A stretch of 64,000 nucleotides of DNA, from NCBI GenBank assembly GCA_001949185.1, contig BDGG01000010.1:287337-351336 (forward strand). The letters are read 5' to 3'. Positions 42,501-56,654 of the stretch are shown here, one piece after another. A program made the translations under genes and the position numbers. Origin of the DNA: Ramazzottius varieornatus. Taxonomy: Eukaryota; Animalia; Tardigrada. Below the pieces are notes generated by a model that had not been told where the DNA came from, searched no databases, and worked only from the letters and a program-made list of their open reading frames with translations. Positions within the stretch are counted from its first letter, which is position 1. The number at the start of each line of letters is the position of its first letter.

Positions 42501-44325
42501 CAGCGTGTCTAAATTTTCGCACAACGTGGAGATGATGCTTTCGTACTTGTTCGGATACTTTCGGAAGATGTCCTACAGGAAATCAAATGCGAGTTCTTTT
42601 ACCATTCAGAAAAACACGTTGGAAGTTCCTTTCAAAGGGAGAGTTTACGGTACCTTGATGACGACGATGGCTTCCTGGACGACGTAATTCACCTTGGTCT
42701 GGATCAAGTCGAGGAGTGTACTGACACATCTCTCGGCGGACTGTTCCACCTTGATGGCGCAGCGACCGATGGCTCGAACAGCCTTTCGGACAAAGTCAAT
42801 GTCGACCTCGGTAGCGTACTCTTTCAGTTCGGCCAAGACCTGCGCGATGTTGGCTGGGGATGCTAGTCGGATCATGATGTCCAGCTTTTCCAGCTTGACG
42901 TAGATGGGGTCGTTGTACTTGACGAAAAAGACCTTCATCTCATGATGAAGAATCTCCGGCCTGAAACAGCACACGAAATCAGATTTCAATTCGGTGGGAT
43001 CGCTCAAGTATGGATTTACTTCTTTTGGACGATGAGGTTGATGTTGCGCAAAGCAACGTATTGCAGTTCAGGTTCGGCGGAAAGAAGAGTGACCAGAGGA
43101 GGTGCGAGCTTCTTCGACAAGGACACCACGAACTCCGAGTCGTTTGGCAGCATTTCCATCAGTTTCATCAGGACCTTGACGGCGGACAGAACGACGGCGG
43201 CGTTGGCGTGCGCCAGTCTGGGTGAAACTCGCTCACAGATCCTACGATGAAAAATTCCCTCCAAAAAACCGTAAAGTACCTAGAACAAGACTGGGACGCA
43301 ATTACCCTTGGGCTTCTCGCTCATCGGTAGGTGTGTAGTTGGCTACGCAGTCCAGGATGAACACCTGTCCCCACTCCGTACATTCATTTAACGCAGTCAA
43401 CAGCTTATTGACCATGGCTGTGTTCATATCAATCACAGGAGTCGCAGCTGACTCGTTGATTTCACTCAGCGCGGCCACAGCGTTGGCTACAACCTAGAAT
43501 AAGAAACAGAAAAGTACAAGGAAGGAACCAAGAAGGAGAAAATGAAAGTTTACCATAGGGTTCGAGTCGGACAAGAGATCCTTCAGCGCGTCGAGGAAAC
43601 CCTGATCTTCAGCCAACGTCGGGTTGATGTCGTACAGCTTGGCTACACAGACAGCCGCAGTTTTCCTGACGTATGGATCTTCGTCTTTCAAGCACTTTCG
43701 GAGAGGATCACAGAGGTACTCGGTAATTTTGTCCACGCGGATCATGCCCATGGTGCGGACGGCCAGTGCGCGGATCAGCGGGTTGGGATCATCGCAGTCC
43801 TTGACGAAGGTGTTGACGGCTAAGATGGCCAGTTCGGGCTGCGTCTTAGCGTAGTTGATTAGGTAAAGGTAGACGAGCTTTTTGAGCTCGAGGTTATCGG
43901 TTTGCATACAGTTGATAACATCCGGAAACAACGCGCTACAAGACCAAGCAGTCACCAAAGTGTCATATTCCTATTTGATCAAATCCCGCATGACGTCATC
44001 GTAGGCAATGTAAAACCGGGCTTCTCATTTACGTCGTGCGCGAAGCACATACTGCACCAGTATGGGCAATCAGCAATCAAGCGAGAGTATTGAATTTACC
44101 TGACGTCTTTGCCGACGGTCATGCTGGCAATGACTTTCTTCACAGCTTCTCGACGCTTTTCCTTCTTATCACTGTTGAGCTCGCTCTTTAACTCAAAGAT
44201 CTCACCTGAAAAGATACATGGTTCATGCCAAATGGATCTAAAAGATGCTATGTTGCGGATAAAGAGTCAGCGGGCTACCTAGCCCTACCTTTCTTGGTGG
44301 TGGTGAAATACTTGGCGTCCGACAT
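39561..44325 (-). CDS. AP1B1/AP2B1: AP-1/AP-2 adaptor complex beta subunit (beta-adaptin), multi-exon
   Basis: [24 protein letters not shown]...; [16 protein letters not shown]; [18 protein letters not shown]; [17 protein letters not shown]; hinge clathrin box LLSLD; appendage exons to the stop at 39561. Confidence 0.97.
39877..39925. repeat. Fixed-spacer palindrome copy (beta-adaptin intron)
   Basis: TAAGTGGCGCAC-25 nt-GTACGCCACTTG. Confidence 0.9.
41268..41316. repeat. Fixed-spacer palindrome copy (beta-adaptin intron)
   Basis: CAAGTGGCGCAC-25 nt-GTACGCCACTTC. Confidence 0.9.
41712..41760. repeat. Fixed-spacer palindrome copy (beta-adaptin intron)
   Basis: CAAGTGGCGCAC-24 nt-GTGCGCCACTTG. 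Confidence 0.9.
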
Positions 44326-44423
44326 GTTGGATAGCTTTTCTTCCGATCAAGGCGATGCTCACTTAGATAGATGTCCCAGTCACCCACAAGATAGCACGAC
44401 GAGGAAGAAGCTGAAGAGAAAAA

Positions 44424-44460
44424 ATCTGAAGGATACTGCTTATATCTGAAGGATACTGCT
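44424..44460 (+). repeat. 17-bp direct duplication upstream of the beta-adaptin ATG
   Basis: ATCTGAAGGATACTGCT at 44424-44440 and 44444-44460. Confidence 0.8.
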
Positions 44461-46854
44461 ACAGTACGACGTACACGTACTGTATTTCGTGTGGAGACTG
44501 GAGAGTGGAGACTGATTATTAATGATTAAAACGGAAATCCAATCAACAATCAATGCTTCACACGAGCCGACAGATGGCACTGCAGTACATGTCCACATGT
44601 AACACAACTTGTGATTTCCGCCGGAAGACTTTTCATGAAGTCCTTGTCCGAACATCCTGGGATCTCGGAAGAACGACCAGAGAAATTCTTGCCGGTGCAA
44701 CAGACCAGATGCACACAGCCGGGGTATCGTGCGGGAAACGCAGCTTTCGTGCGATGGAATCGAACTCGCCCCAGCGCTGCCACGCCCAATAATATCTCTC
44801 CTCACCTGGGTCCCCGAAAGGTTTCCCACAGTTTGGCTAGCGTTCTCAAGCCCGAAACCGTATTCCCTGTTTGTAAAGAGTTTAAAGACGGGGTAGATCT
44901 TCAAGAGACACGTAGAGCAATGTAAACTGTACAGTATGACGTAGTTTGATGATAGTGATCGATCATCGATATCAGTTCAAACGTAAACAATTGACACAGC
45001 GTCCTGCTGTACATACCACTTCATTTGGATCCACGATTAATGCCTCAATGAATCGCGAGGTCGACACCAAGACCTTCACGTGCAAGAGTACAATGGGGAT
45101 GTCTAAATCATGTGTTGAGCTTTCTTAACAACTTTATCCGTCCTTCCAGGAAACCCTCTGCCGTCGATTCGCATAGGCGGTCTCGATGGGCAATTACCAT
45201 AGAGCAGGAAAAACAAACAAGGCGCGCCCAAGGCGACCGAGGGTCACTTTACGGGATGCTTCGGATCATTAGATCGGATGTATACACAGGGTCTTGAAAG
45301 TTCCCCGCAAAAATTCGCCTTCCATAGTGCCGACGGTTCTTTCTATCGTGAACAGCTCTGTTCAGCGCCGTACCAATTAAGATTCGTGGTACGGATACAT
45401 AAGCGCGGCTATTTCCCTAAATTTTCAGTCACTGTGTATCTCGTACGAGTCCGGAAGACACATTTCCGATCGATGATTTGATCCTGATTAGTTAGCCATT
45501 AAGTCTGGTGCGAGTTTCCGATCGATAGTGACATGAAACAGTGCTCGCAACGAGACGCGAACGTGTAGCGCGAGCTGTACGATATGAAGTATACCTGCAA
45601 GGAAGTAATTTCGTGTTCCTCTTATGACACATTATCCGCAAGGAAGACCCTGTATTTTGAGATATGGGAATGGGGGAACCCCATTGCAATTTGGTTCAAG
45701 CATTGCGTTTAGAGAGTTCTAATCTTCAGACGCACGAGAAGCAAAGTTGTCGCGAATATGTACGCAACAACATTTATCGGATCAATGCTGGAAAATCTTC
45801 AACGTCAACGACAAAGCAGTCGGAACCCGTGCATGCCCGATCATGCAATTTCCCATGGATCATGATGGTCGAGCAGGCGACGTCAGCAGCTTTATTCACT
45901 CTGGCGCATACCCCTTCCTCCGCTCTCAAAGAATCTTTGGACAGAGCCTGCCGGCAGCATGCTGTTCATGAACGATCGTCGCTCACAGAGAGACTCCCCT
46001 GTAGCATGTTTATGAGCCTGTCGAGTTCGATCTGCATATACAGATGGACCTATCGCGAGCTCCGCGTACAGTATTTGACATTTAAAATGGGATTTGCTTG
46101 TTTAAGCACCTACTACTGGCTCTCAACGTCAGTCACGTCATGTCAAGACCAACGTTATACTTGTTCCTGCCTATAACCGTACGCACAACCTCCCATCGCC
46201 GGATCCCAGTTTCCTTTTCGCCACTCCTTCAATTCGCGCATATTCATGCATATAAGTGCCTTCAATTGTCCGTGAGCCTCTCAACGCTTCCTCCAGGCGC
46301 AGAATCACGCACCTGTGTTGTATCAAAGAGACTTATTGTATGCTATCAACGTTAAAAGCTAAACAGGTGTGAAGGAAATGACTGGCTGTTTATTTACACC
46401 TCTCTTTCCGATCCGCTAATCTGGAACCCTTCAAACCGACACTCCGAATAGTGGCCGAATCCAGCGAGCTGGAATCCTGCCATACTGGTATACACACCAA
46501 CGTCACCAAGTCATCAATCTTCTCTTGCCTGCAAGATGTTATATCCTTTATATACCACACATGTTTTGACTGGTATTGGTATCTCTTTGCTTGTTCGACC
46601 AAAGTTGTTGAGTTAAATGTCGGAGTACTCGCCTTCGGGCTCAATAAACGATACGAGGAAGTCGAAGCTCGATACACGTTTCATTCCCGTTTGTCTGTCC
46701 CACTACAACTTCAAAGTAAGAAAACTTTCGAATTGGGATTCTGTTTTTTTGACGAAATGAAATCCGTTCACTGTCTTCCTTGTTCCGTAAAATTGTTATT
46801 CCATGTACTTCATGTATTACACTCTGTGGAAATGTTTTCGATGTAATTGCAGGT

Positions 46855-49800
46855 ATGGGAGAGGATGATGATCTCTTGACGCTGGCAGTCATAGGTGGTG
46901 GTATCCTGCTGGGATTACTGGTACGTGCATAAAGGTTGCTTTTGTCGACAAAGTGACTGCTGTCAGAAATTAAGCCGGAGCGTGCCGATGTCAATGCCGC
47001 ATCTGTAATCTTCACACATAACGCTCCCGTGCGTGTGTTGTGTAACCCACATCATTACTTGACGTCACAGAAGGCTGTAATAACAACGTTTTCACAATCC
47101 ATAACGTTCAACTGCCTAAAACTCTGTACGCATAGATTCTTTTTCAACTTTTAACCTTCCGAGGTCTACGTAGGCGGTTCAAAAATGGACCAAGGGGCGC
47201 TTTTCGGTTTCGGATCGTAGAAAACAATGTACTTTGCGAGGAACCGGTTCTTGAGGGTTGTTTTTTTCGCAGGTCATCTTTCTGATATGCGTCTTTTGTT
47301 CTTACTTCAACCACCAGTACGACCGGTTACAGCGCGAGAAACGCCGAAACTCGCTACAGGCCGTCGTTATCCAGTCGACTTCCAGCGCCGCTGGTCACCA
47401 TTCCCCGCATTCGCTTTCCAGTCAGAAAGTTTCTTCCAAGCCATTGGCGCATTATTCACCCCTTGTACCGGACAACACAGTCTCGGTGGGGCGCGCCAAG
47501 ACCGAGCCATCACTCCACACGCTGACGTACGCCAAGCCTGACCCACACTGCCGAAGGTGCGCTTCGGATGGTCGCTCACTGGCAGTGACGTCATTGACTA
47601 ATGTACCGAATAGCAATAACGGTTCCAACAGGAGCGCAGCGACAATGACTTCGGTGCTGAAGCATGCTTGTGCATGTACGCTGTTGATGAGCAGTTCGCC
47701 GTCGGAACGGTCCATCCCGACCGAGGAGATTCTGCAGCTGGCTACTTCGACGGAAGCTATCAATGCCATGGCCAACGCGAGAACCAGGAGCCAGAAGGCA
47801 AGGACGGCCTTTTTGTCGCCAATTTTGGTACATGACACTGACCCGCTGATCGTTGTGTCGGACTCTCCGTCAACCAACTCGGACATGGTGTATACTGGAC
47901 AGCCGACTGTCACGAAAACAGTGGTGCAAATTAATGAGTGTTTCGACCAATCGACCAGCTCGTGTCTAACTTCGCCAGGAGAGGGAAACTTTAACGTCAA
48001 TCATCACAGCGTTGTGCCAGTCCAGAGGTAAGGACGTACAGAGGCTGCCATAGGTTTTGGATACGAACCATGCATGCTGATGGAATACGGCACATTTTTC
48101 TTCTTTCACGAAATTCTCGTTCTTATTAAGGTCCGCATCCCCGCATTCGAATATGCATTACCAGTCAGTAACGCAGACCAGCAGTACTTGCACAACACCG
48201 GTCAACCCACATCCCGAGGAAGGACCTCTCCTTTATTCGCGCAAAACCCCCCATCCCATTCTCCATCCGCATTTCCACACACAATCCGCAGATGAAGATC
48301 CGGCCGACGAACAAGCTCAGGCTATACCGAGTCTGCTCGTCGACTCGAGCCTCGGTATTGCCCAAGAGGAATCCGAGACTGCCGGCGGAAACCTGGAGGT
48401 TCCGGATGAGTCGCCGTCACCGTCACCCATCAGTGATCTCATGATGGACGACGATGATGATGAGGAGGATACTTCCGATCCTTGCAAGGCTTTGTGGGAT
48501 CTCCGCTCCGTGTTGGAGCAGAAAACGGTGGCGACTGTCCCACAGCGCACTCTGATACGCCTGATCAATGCAGAGTCCGATAATGAGACGGATGCCGCCA
48601 TGCAGCCAAGCGTGGAGGCCGCGATGACGTCAAAGAATAACCAACTAACACCTGCAAGCCTGTTGACTTCCTTGACTTCCTTTGAGTCCAACACGCCTTC
48701 CGAAGAGGTACAAGAACCAAATTAAAAATCCTTAGACTTCCACCGGAATTTTCTTTTTGACGTTTAAACTTGCTCGAATCGTAGCAGCAGAGTCCTTTTG
48801 TTGAAATATGACGACTGAGGTCTGAGGTGCTGTTAAAGTAGAGCCCAAAAAAAATTATCTCCAACAGGACCGATGGTGACTAGATTCGGTGATGTCAGCG
48901 TATCCACTTAGCATGTTTTTATGGTATTCACCTTCTGCCATTTTGTACCATTTTACTACGACTTACAACTAATGGCGCATCTATTGGTTTGCAGTCTTTC
49001 GATACGGGTAACTGCGCGAAGGCACTGGAAGCCATCTTTGACGAGCCCAGCGACCTTCCGGTTCTCGCTGCCACCCATTCAACTCACTCCGAAACCAGCC
49101 ACGGCTCAACCTCGTCTTCCGCTCCCATGAGTACCATGATCATTTCCACCACCCAGCAGGTTATCGCACAAAGCAGTGCTACTCATCTGACACCTCCTGC
49201 CAGTCATCGGCAACAACGGAAGGGCACGCCACCCAAGTTGACATCACAGCAAAAGCGTCAGAGCTTCAAGAAAGCTCACCGTGCGGCAGCTGGGCCTTCC
49301 ACGAAGGCAGCTGTTGCATCCGCTGTTCCGCTTCCTCCTGTTCCTGTGATGGTATTACCTGTGGAAGTGACGCACTTACAAGAAAAGATTATGACGATGA
49401 CGGAGATGGAGCGACCTATCTCGCCCAACCGCCTGGCACAGATGAAGCACGATAGTGGATACAAGTCCCAGTCTTTTGACACAGGTAGCAGCCACGCTGT
49501 CACGCCATCCATGCAAGCTCTGGCCATGCATTCCTACAAGAGTGTACCGTCGTTGCCCAGTCACCTGGCTGGCCTACGTGACGCTCTCGCATATGATATC
49601 AACAGGTAAGTTTACGAAAAATGTGCGGTAGTGTTAATAGAATGCTCAGATGGAATGCGCTGTGGAGAACTTCACCAACAGCTTGATACTTCAAAGAAAC
49701 AAGTTTGGGTTATTGCAGCATGACAAGACGTTAAAAGTATAACCATCGTTGTTCGGACTGTTTTAGAATCGAAATAGCCAACATTGGACTGGATGTACCA

Positions 49801-50800
49801 GCTTGTGCCTTATCAGTATCGTCGGTCACTTCCTCCATGTCCGATATGGATGTTGACGAACTGCTTGCCGGCAGTTCGGCTTTCCCCTCCCTGACGTCTT
49901 CCATGGAAGTCGACCCACCGATCTCGATGCACCCTCCAAGTCATAAGCATATTTATGCTGGCCACGTTCCCCGCGTACCTATGGTTCAAACGCAACCTGC
50001 CACGCCGACCTCGCCACAACGCGACTGGACCATCGACGAGAAGTCCGACCGGCTCTTCCGTGAGTTCACACGTCCGGATGGAACCGTATCGAAACGGGTA
50101 CCCATCAGTACAGCAACGGCAAACTCACTCCTAGGTACGACGTGTCATTCTAATCAAAGACTGCAGTCCAGTTAAAATCTGGCTCTGTTTAAAATCAGTA
50201 ACAGCGATAAAAAAGCACGAGCCACTTGGAAATATGGCGCCATTGGGAAACACTTGTACAGAAAAGTCGAAGCTCCAATATTCATGTCGCAGCCTCGACC
50301 TTCGCAATGTGAATGCATTACAGGCCGTGTCGGGTTGTGATTAAGTGAGTGGGTGTAATTTTTCAGGTACTTCGTCAAATACTGGTCGCGCCCGTCGAGC
50401 CATCCTGCCCAAGCGGAAGTCATACTCTCCTTCATCATCACACGGTGGTACGCCGGCGCAAGCGAGTATCGAAGAGACCGAAGAGGAACAAGAAAACGCT
50501 GTTGTTAGTAGTTCTCCAAGTTCGCTGTCGACAGTCAAGTCCGTCTCTGCGGACCTATCCATAGACGCGCCCTCAATGGTAGGAGAAAGCGAAAGGACAG
50601 AATCAAAATCAGTCGAAGCAGACCCCAGTGCGAGGGTGGAAGAAACCAAGAACCACGTAGCAGTTCCGCAACAACCTGAAGTCTTTGTCTGCTCTACGAC
50701 CGAACAATTTCTCACCCATTTGGACTTGAGAGCTCGGTCTCCGCAGCTGCGGCATGTTCCCATCATAAAGTTGCCGGACCAAGAAGGCGACGAAGTTTAG
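46855..50800 (+). CDS. CBARP: Single-pass membrane protein with long disordered tail; probable CBARP/BARP (Cav beta-subunit-associated regulatory protein) homologue
   Basis: N-terminal TM LAVIGGGILLGLL|VIFLICVFC, then islands ALWDLRSVLE, HDSGYKS and RDWTIDEKSDRLFREFTRPD in the order recalled for vertebrate BARP motifs. About 6 exons; further 5' exons possible. Confidence 0.6.
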
Positions 50801-50959
50801 ATTTTATCAAATGTTTTATCTAGTTTCGATGGTTCCTCTTCTCGGAAACAGCTGAAATTTGCTCATTACAAGTGGTAGACCCGTTCAGAACCTAGCGAAA
50901 TCGCTAGATCTCAGTAAACCAAGTAACAAATAGCTGTAACAGATACAGACGGCGATTGC

Positions 50960-52050
50960 CTGCGTAAAGAAATAGCGTGCCTACGACCGAAAATCAAGCA
51001 AAAGTGATTCAAGCGTCTCACGATCAGGCTCAACTTTCATCTTGTGTCCATCCAGATTAGGGATAGAGGTGTCGTTCACCAACCACTCTGCGGACAGCGC
51101 CTCCCTGCAAAGTGCAAGTAATACAATGGTTCACGTAAGAAAATTATAGGGGAGCACGAAGCATCTGCAAACGGACCTTCTAGCAATCTTGTAAAGTTCG
51201 ATTTCCTGGAAATACTCAATGTTCAGTTCCGACCGTTGCAAAACTGTTTCCCAGCAGCTTTTAGTCGAGGATTTCCAGGCCAGGTTGGTCTAGAGAATAC
51301 ATAGGGCACTTGTCGATACAGCGTAAAACCGCTTCCTCGACTTCCCCATCATCCAGCGAACGAGCCTGAGAAGCGATAACAAGATCGACCTGACGTTTGG
51401 GGGAGAGTCTCCACTAATCCAGGAAGTCGTGCGAGTGCTGAATTCAGCTTTATACCTGAGTCCATACAGTGTACACCAGTGCATTTTTCTGGTCCAGTAC
51501 CTCATGACTGCCGTTTGGCATTCCACTGGTAGCTCCAAGACGCCATACTTCATAGCACACTCAAGAAGGTTCATGAGGATAGGACCGCTATTATCAAGCC
51601 GGGTAACTTCATCTGCCAGTCGATCCGTGTACAGTATTAGTTAACCATAGCTTGAAGCACCTCCTTGAAGTAGTTCGGGACAGCCATTTTCTTCAACGTT
51701 GGATCAGCCATCGGCCCGTAATACATGGCCTTAAAGACTTCGCTACCGACGGCGAGGAAGATCCTAAAGACAAGGGTATTTTTCTGAAGGTTGGTGTAGC
51801 GAGCAACGGGGTGGCTGTTCGATCGTCATCGACCTCGGTCGTTTTCGTACACAAATTCGATTTTAGTGATCAGTTCCTAGCTACCACGACCAGTCATCAG
51901 TGCTCAGATTTCGCTGCTTTCCTGCGCAGCCTACTTACTTGTGTGCCCAGGCGTTTTCCACGATGCTATCCCCCTCGAACTCGAAAACGATCTCCGCAAA
52001 GACAAAGAAGTTGTCCAGCAATTATTCGACCCAATCCTGCAGTCTCGTCG
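50960..52050 (-). pseudogene. BTB-BACK (BTBD1/2/3/6-like) pseudogene
   Basis: Spliced FAEIVFEFEG...WAHK|IFLAVGSEVFKAMYYGPMA...LQAMVN*, then a frameshift to LYTD... and NLLECAMKYGVLELPVEC. Multiple stops; boundaries approximate. Confidence 0.65.
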
Positions 52051-52898
52051 CCTCTCCCTGCCATCCCCAATCGCACTACTTCCTTTCGAGCTGCTTCTCA
52101 AGGCCGAGCTCGGAGGGTGGGGATGGCACGCGAAAGGCTGATTCTGTCCAGTTGTAAAGAAATCTTGGAGAAAAGTGGTTTCCAGATGAGCTGCAAGCCC
52201 GTAACCTTACGAGCAAACAAATCAAACAGGATCTGCCGGAGAACGGAGGTAAATTAATTTGGCGAAAGTCCGCCAACCTTTCAGCCCGGCCCGTCGGAAT
52301 TGGTCTCAACCCGTCACCCGGTCCGCAGTTCGGGCCAACGTCAATCAAGCTTCACATCAATCAGCCATTAGTACGCCTCATGCAGTGTTCGACAAAATTA
52401 ACCGTTAAAGATGGGCGTAACACACCAGCCAAGCTTACTTACAACTCAGCCAATGAAAATTAGATTTTGCTGCATGCGCAAATCTCATTGGCTTTTTTTG
52501 ACGGTTTACTTTGTCGTACACTGTGTCCACTGATGTTGATAATTCACAAATGACATATTGTGACTTCTCAACAGTTTCAAATTATTTCTGCTCAGTTGGT
52601 CTGGTATCTCTTGCCCATGCAGCCCGAGTGTGTCGATCTCTCTTCTCAGGCCGAGATGAGACGTGTGGACAATCATCGAATCTGGATTTCAAGATTTGTC
52701 TCATGAATGGACCTGCTGGACTGAGTACCTACCAGTTCCCTGTCAGTACCGATTTCATACCCTTATCAAGTAGCGCATGATCATATGCAACATTATGCTC
52801 TTGTGTTAGCATTTCTAAGTTGTCATGCGCCATCGATGGTAGATAGAAATGTATTCCAAAACAGATTTTGTTTAGTCGCAGATGGCTCTGTGTCGTCC

Positions 52899-55800
52899 AT
52901 GGATGCTGGCCTGCTACCACCGACAATCCGCCAGCGAGTAATGAAAATCATTAAGAGTGATCGCCTCACCATGCATCTGACCAGAGGCGAAAAGATCATG
53001 GGGGGACTCTTGCTCGTGGTCTTGCTGACCGTCTTTCTAGTCTACTACTATGCTCCTTCCGAGTCATCTCCCCACCGCACATCCACACCATCCGACCCTG
53101 TCGAAGACGCACTCTCCAGAACAGACTGCTTGAACGCCCTGGAGCACAACCACGAGCTCCTCACCATCAAGAAATCCGTCTTGAAACAGCTCGCGACACT
53201 GGAATGCAAAGTGGCAGCGGCGTCCCGTAACGCCACAGAGCTGGTTATGAAGGCTGAAGAATGGGCAGTTAGGATCAACAAACTGACGGCGAAAGCAGAG
53301 TTCTTGAGGAGCTCCATTATACATTTGGAGCTGGCGCAGACGGAGTTGAAGACGAAACAGTCGCCCAAGGTGCTGAAACCGCTGCGGTTGGAGGTGGATG
53401 AAAGTGGTTGGGTGGAACTTCCGGTGCCGTCAAAGGAACAGAGCGAAGTCTGTACGATGGAACGATGCTTTGACTATTCGAGATGCCCCTTGAATTCGGA
53501 GTTTAAGGTCTATGTAGACTCGACGGTGAGATGTAGGGATGGAGCGGCAGTCCTGGTGGAAGCGTTGAAGGCATCGCGTTATGCCGTGGAGGACTTCAGG
53601 CAAGCCTGCATGAATATTGTACCGGTTTGTCATAAGGTACTGTGCAATTTTCTTGTCCGCTACTGTACGCACAGTGTTTGAAAATATGAGAGTTATACAG
53701 TCTTCCAAAGGAAGATGAAAAACTCTGTAGACATGGCGTAAATTTTCGGGATTCTGTAGGGAGATGTGGAAAATTTGTCGTCGTTGGAGCATTGGAAAGG
53801 CGACGGACGGAACCATGTCATTCTCAACGCCGCATCGGACAGAAATACCTCTAATGCTGTTCTCGGAAGAGCCTTGGTCGTCAGTGACACTTTCGGCGTA
53901 TTCCGTCATGCCTTCGATATGGTTATTCCAGACGTGGCAAATTTATGGCCCACATCTTCCGGCAAGGACAAAATGTTACCTATGCTGGTACATAAACTGG
54001 CTAAATATTCATAAGCCTGTAGTTACATATGTATATACTCTCATGAATACAGTTTGGCGGATGTATATTTCAGGCGCCGGCTCGGAGGAAGCTTTTGCTG
54101 TACTTTGAAGGAAGACCTCCTAAAAACACCTACAAAGAGGGTCCGTTCTTCAAGGCACTTCAAGCTTTAATATCAGAAACTTCCGATATCAGCCCAATGG
54201 ACATTACGTTGTCGTGCACCCAAAATAACCTCGAAAATTCCTACTCATGTGACAGCTATTCTTGGTGTCTGTGTTCTTCGTCCGATGGCCTCGCTCAGAA
54301 ACTGGAAATGTCCACGTACGCATTGATCATATGGAATGACAACGTGACCGACGTCACCGCGCTGTACCGGGTCTTGATGGGCCTGAAGTATGGTGCGGTC
54401 CCCGTGGTGCTGGGTGCGCCGACCTTTCCTCTGGAGTTTGTGGACTGGAGCAGAATGACCATACAGTTACCGAAAGCCAGGATAAGCGAAGTGTATGGCG
54501 TGATCAGAGCTATTCGTGATGAGGACTTGCTGCAATACCGAAGACAGGGTCGCGGCGTATGGGAAACCTACTTCGGTACGTGAGTTTCGAATTCAAAGTC
54601 GAAACAAAAAGACGCATCCATTCCCGTCATCTGAAGCTATTTAGTCTCACCATTCTATCTTTTTTGCGAAAGCGCTGACGATAATTCCAACTGGAATTTG
54701 CTGTCTGATTTCTACGTTACTTTTCAGATAATTCAGATGTTGTTGTTTCTACTGTGCAGTTTAGTGTATATACTAAATCGCTTGTCCATAATTTTGCTTT
54801 TTCCTTTTCAAGCTTCACCGGAAGTGTTTGGTGATGCGCTGCTGGACACCCTCCGAACTCGGCTGAACATTCCGGCGATGGCAGTTGCGAGTGCGCCATT
54901 CGTTTCCCTCTTCGCCGGTATGGAAGACGAAGTCGTGTGGCACGATGTACCGAAGAGCGAAGTGGAGTTTGAGAATGTGGGACCGGTGGAAGGACCTTAC
55001 CCGTCAGACACTTTCCAGCGGAACTTCTCGACCACTACCCTGGATAGATATTCCGAGTGGAATGTGCAGATGGAGGCTGGAGCCTTGTACCCGGTTTCGC
55101 CGTTCTTGCCGGATATGCCAAGTGATGCCAAGTTCCGAGGATCCGAGTTCGGGTTCCGACCTATTGGTGGTGGTGCCGGTGGATCGGGGAAAGAGTTCAG
55201 CGAAGCGCTGGGTGGAAACTATCCACGAGAACAGTTTACAGGTTGGCACGTGAAACACGTTATCCGTACGAGTAATGATCATTTTACGATGAAATAAAGA
55301 TTTTTCATCCATTCGTAGAGAGTTATTGTTCACAGTAGTGAGAATGAGTACCATTGTACAGTTGATCAATCAACGATATTTCGACAAAAAATTTCTTTGC
55401 TACTCCACAACAGATAAAGAGGATTCCAATTGGTACAGCAAACTTTCTAGAAGTTTGTTCTCTTTGATATAATAAGCTTCTGGAAGCCAGATTGCACTCG
55501 ATATTTTTCTACAGTTATTAGCATAACTTCAGTACTTTCATCTTGTTGCAGCTGTGATACTGACGTACGAGCGAGAAGCCGTCCTTTCCAAGAGCCTGGC
55601 TCGCCTTAACAACTTGCCTTACTTGAACAAAGTCGTTGTGATATGGAACAGTCCAGAAAAGCCCTCCGAGTTGCTAACTCTGCCAAAGCTTCACGTGCCT
55701 ACTGTGGTACGCACTAAGCTCCAACCGTCACTTCCCCATACTGTGTTCTTCCATTAAAATTGACTGAATCGCTTTTGCAGATACATAAAGCAGAACGCAA

Positions 55801-56654
55801 TAGTCTGAACAATCGCTTCCTTCCACTGGACGTCATCGAGACGGAAGCTGTCCTCTCCCTCGACGACGACGTCTTTCTTCGCCACGACGAGATCGTTTTC
55901 GGTTTCCGAGTCTGGAGAGAGAACCGCGAACGCATCGTGGGTTTCCCAACTCGATACAACGCGTGGGACAGCGAACACAGGTCGTGGTTGTACAACTCCA
56001 ACCACACGTGTGAATATTCGATGATACTCACCGGCGCGTCTTTTTTCCATAAGGTAGGAAAGTAAGTCACTCTCATCCTGATGATTCGATAATTAGGACG
56101 TGAGGAAATAAGCTATACCAGATTGATCTCTCAAGTGGCGCACCTATCTGTCCAATAATAATGGAAGCGTGCGCCACCTGAGATGGCTGTTTGGTTCCTC
56201 GTCTCAATTCTGATTTTATATTTTTGTTTTCAGTATTATACGTACATCTATACGAACAAAATGCAGCCCAGTATTCGAGCCAAAGTGGACGAGTTTATGA
56301 ACTGCGAAGATATTGCCATGAACTTCCTCGTAGCGCACCTGACCAAGAAGCCGCCTATCAAGGTGATACCCACAACGTATTTTCCACATGAAAATACTGT
56401 AGAAAAAAACCCGGATAAAGGAAACACTTTCATCGATTTTCCAGGTTACGTCAAGGTGGACGTTTCAGTGCGCCGATTGCCCAGTGAGTTTGTGGGAGGA
56501 CGAGTCGCATTTCACGGAGCGGCATCAGTGTATGCAGTTTTTCGAGAAAGTGTATGGATATATGCCCTTGCTCAATTCGCAGTTTCGTGCAGACTCTGTG
56601 CTTTTCAAAACTCGTATACCCATGGACAAGCAAAAATGCTTCAAACTGATTTGA
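52899..56654 (+). CDS. EXTL3: Exostosin-like 3 glycosyltransferase (heparan sulfate initiation; botv orthologue)
   Basis: Type II TM plus coiled coil, [55 protein letters not shown]...[20 protein letters not shown], and C-terminal [18 protein letters not shown]. Confidence 0.96.
56132..56180. repeat. Fixed-spacer palindrome copy (EXTL3 intron)
   Basis: CAAGTGGCGCAC-25 nt-GTGCGCCACCTG. Confidence 0.9.

Noticed and set aside
44440-46360. ORFs of 100-170 aa between beta-adaptin and the CBARP-like gene
   Set aside because: No motifs or supporting exon structure; likely promoter/UTR or chance ORFs.
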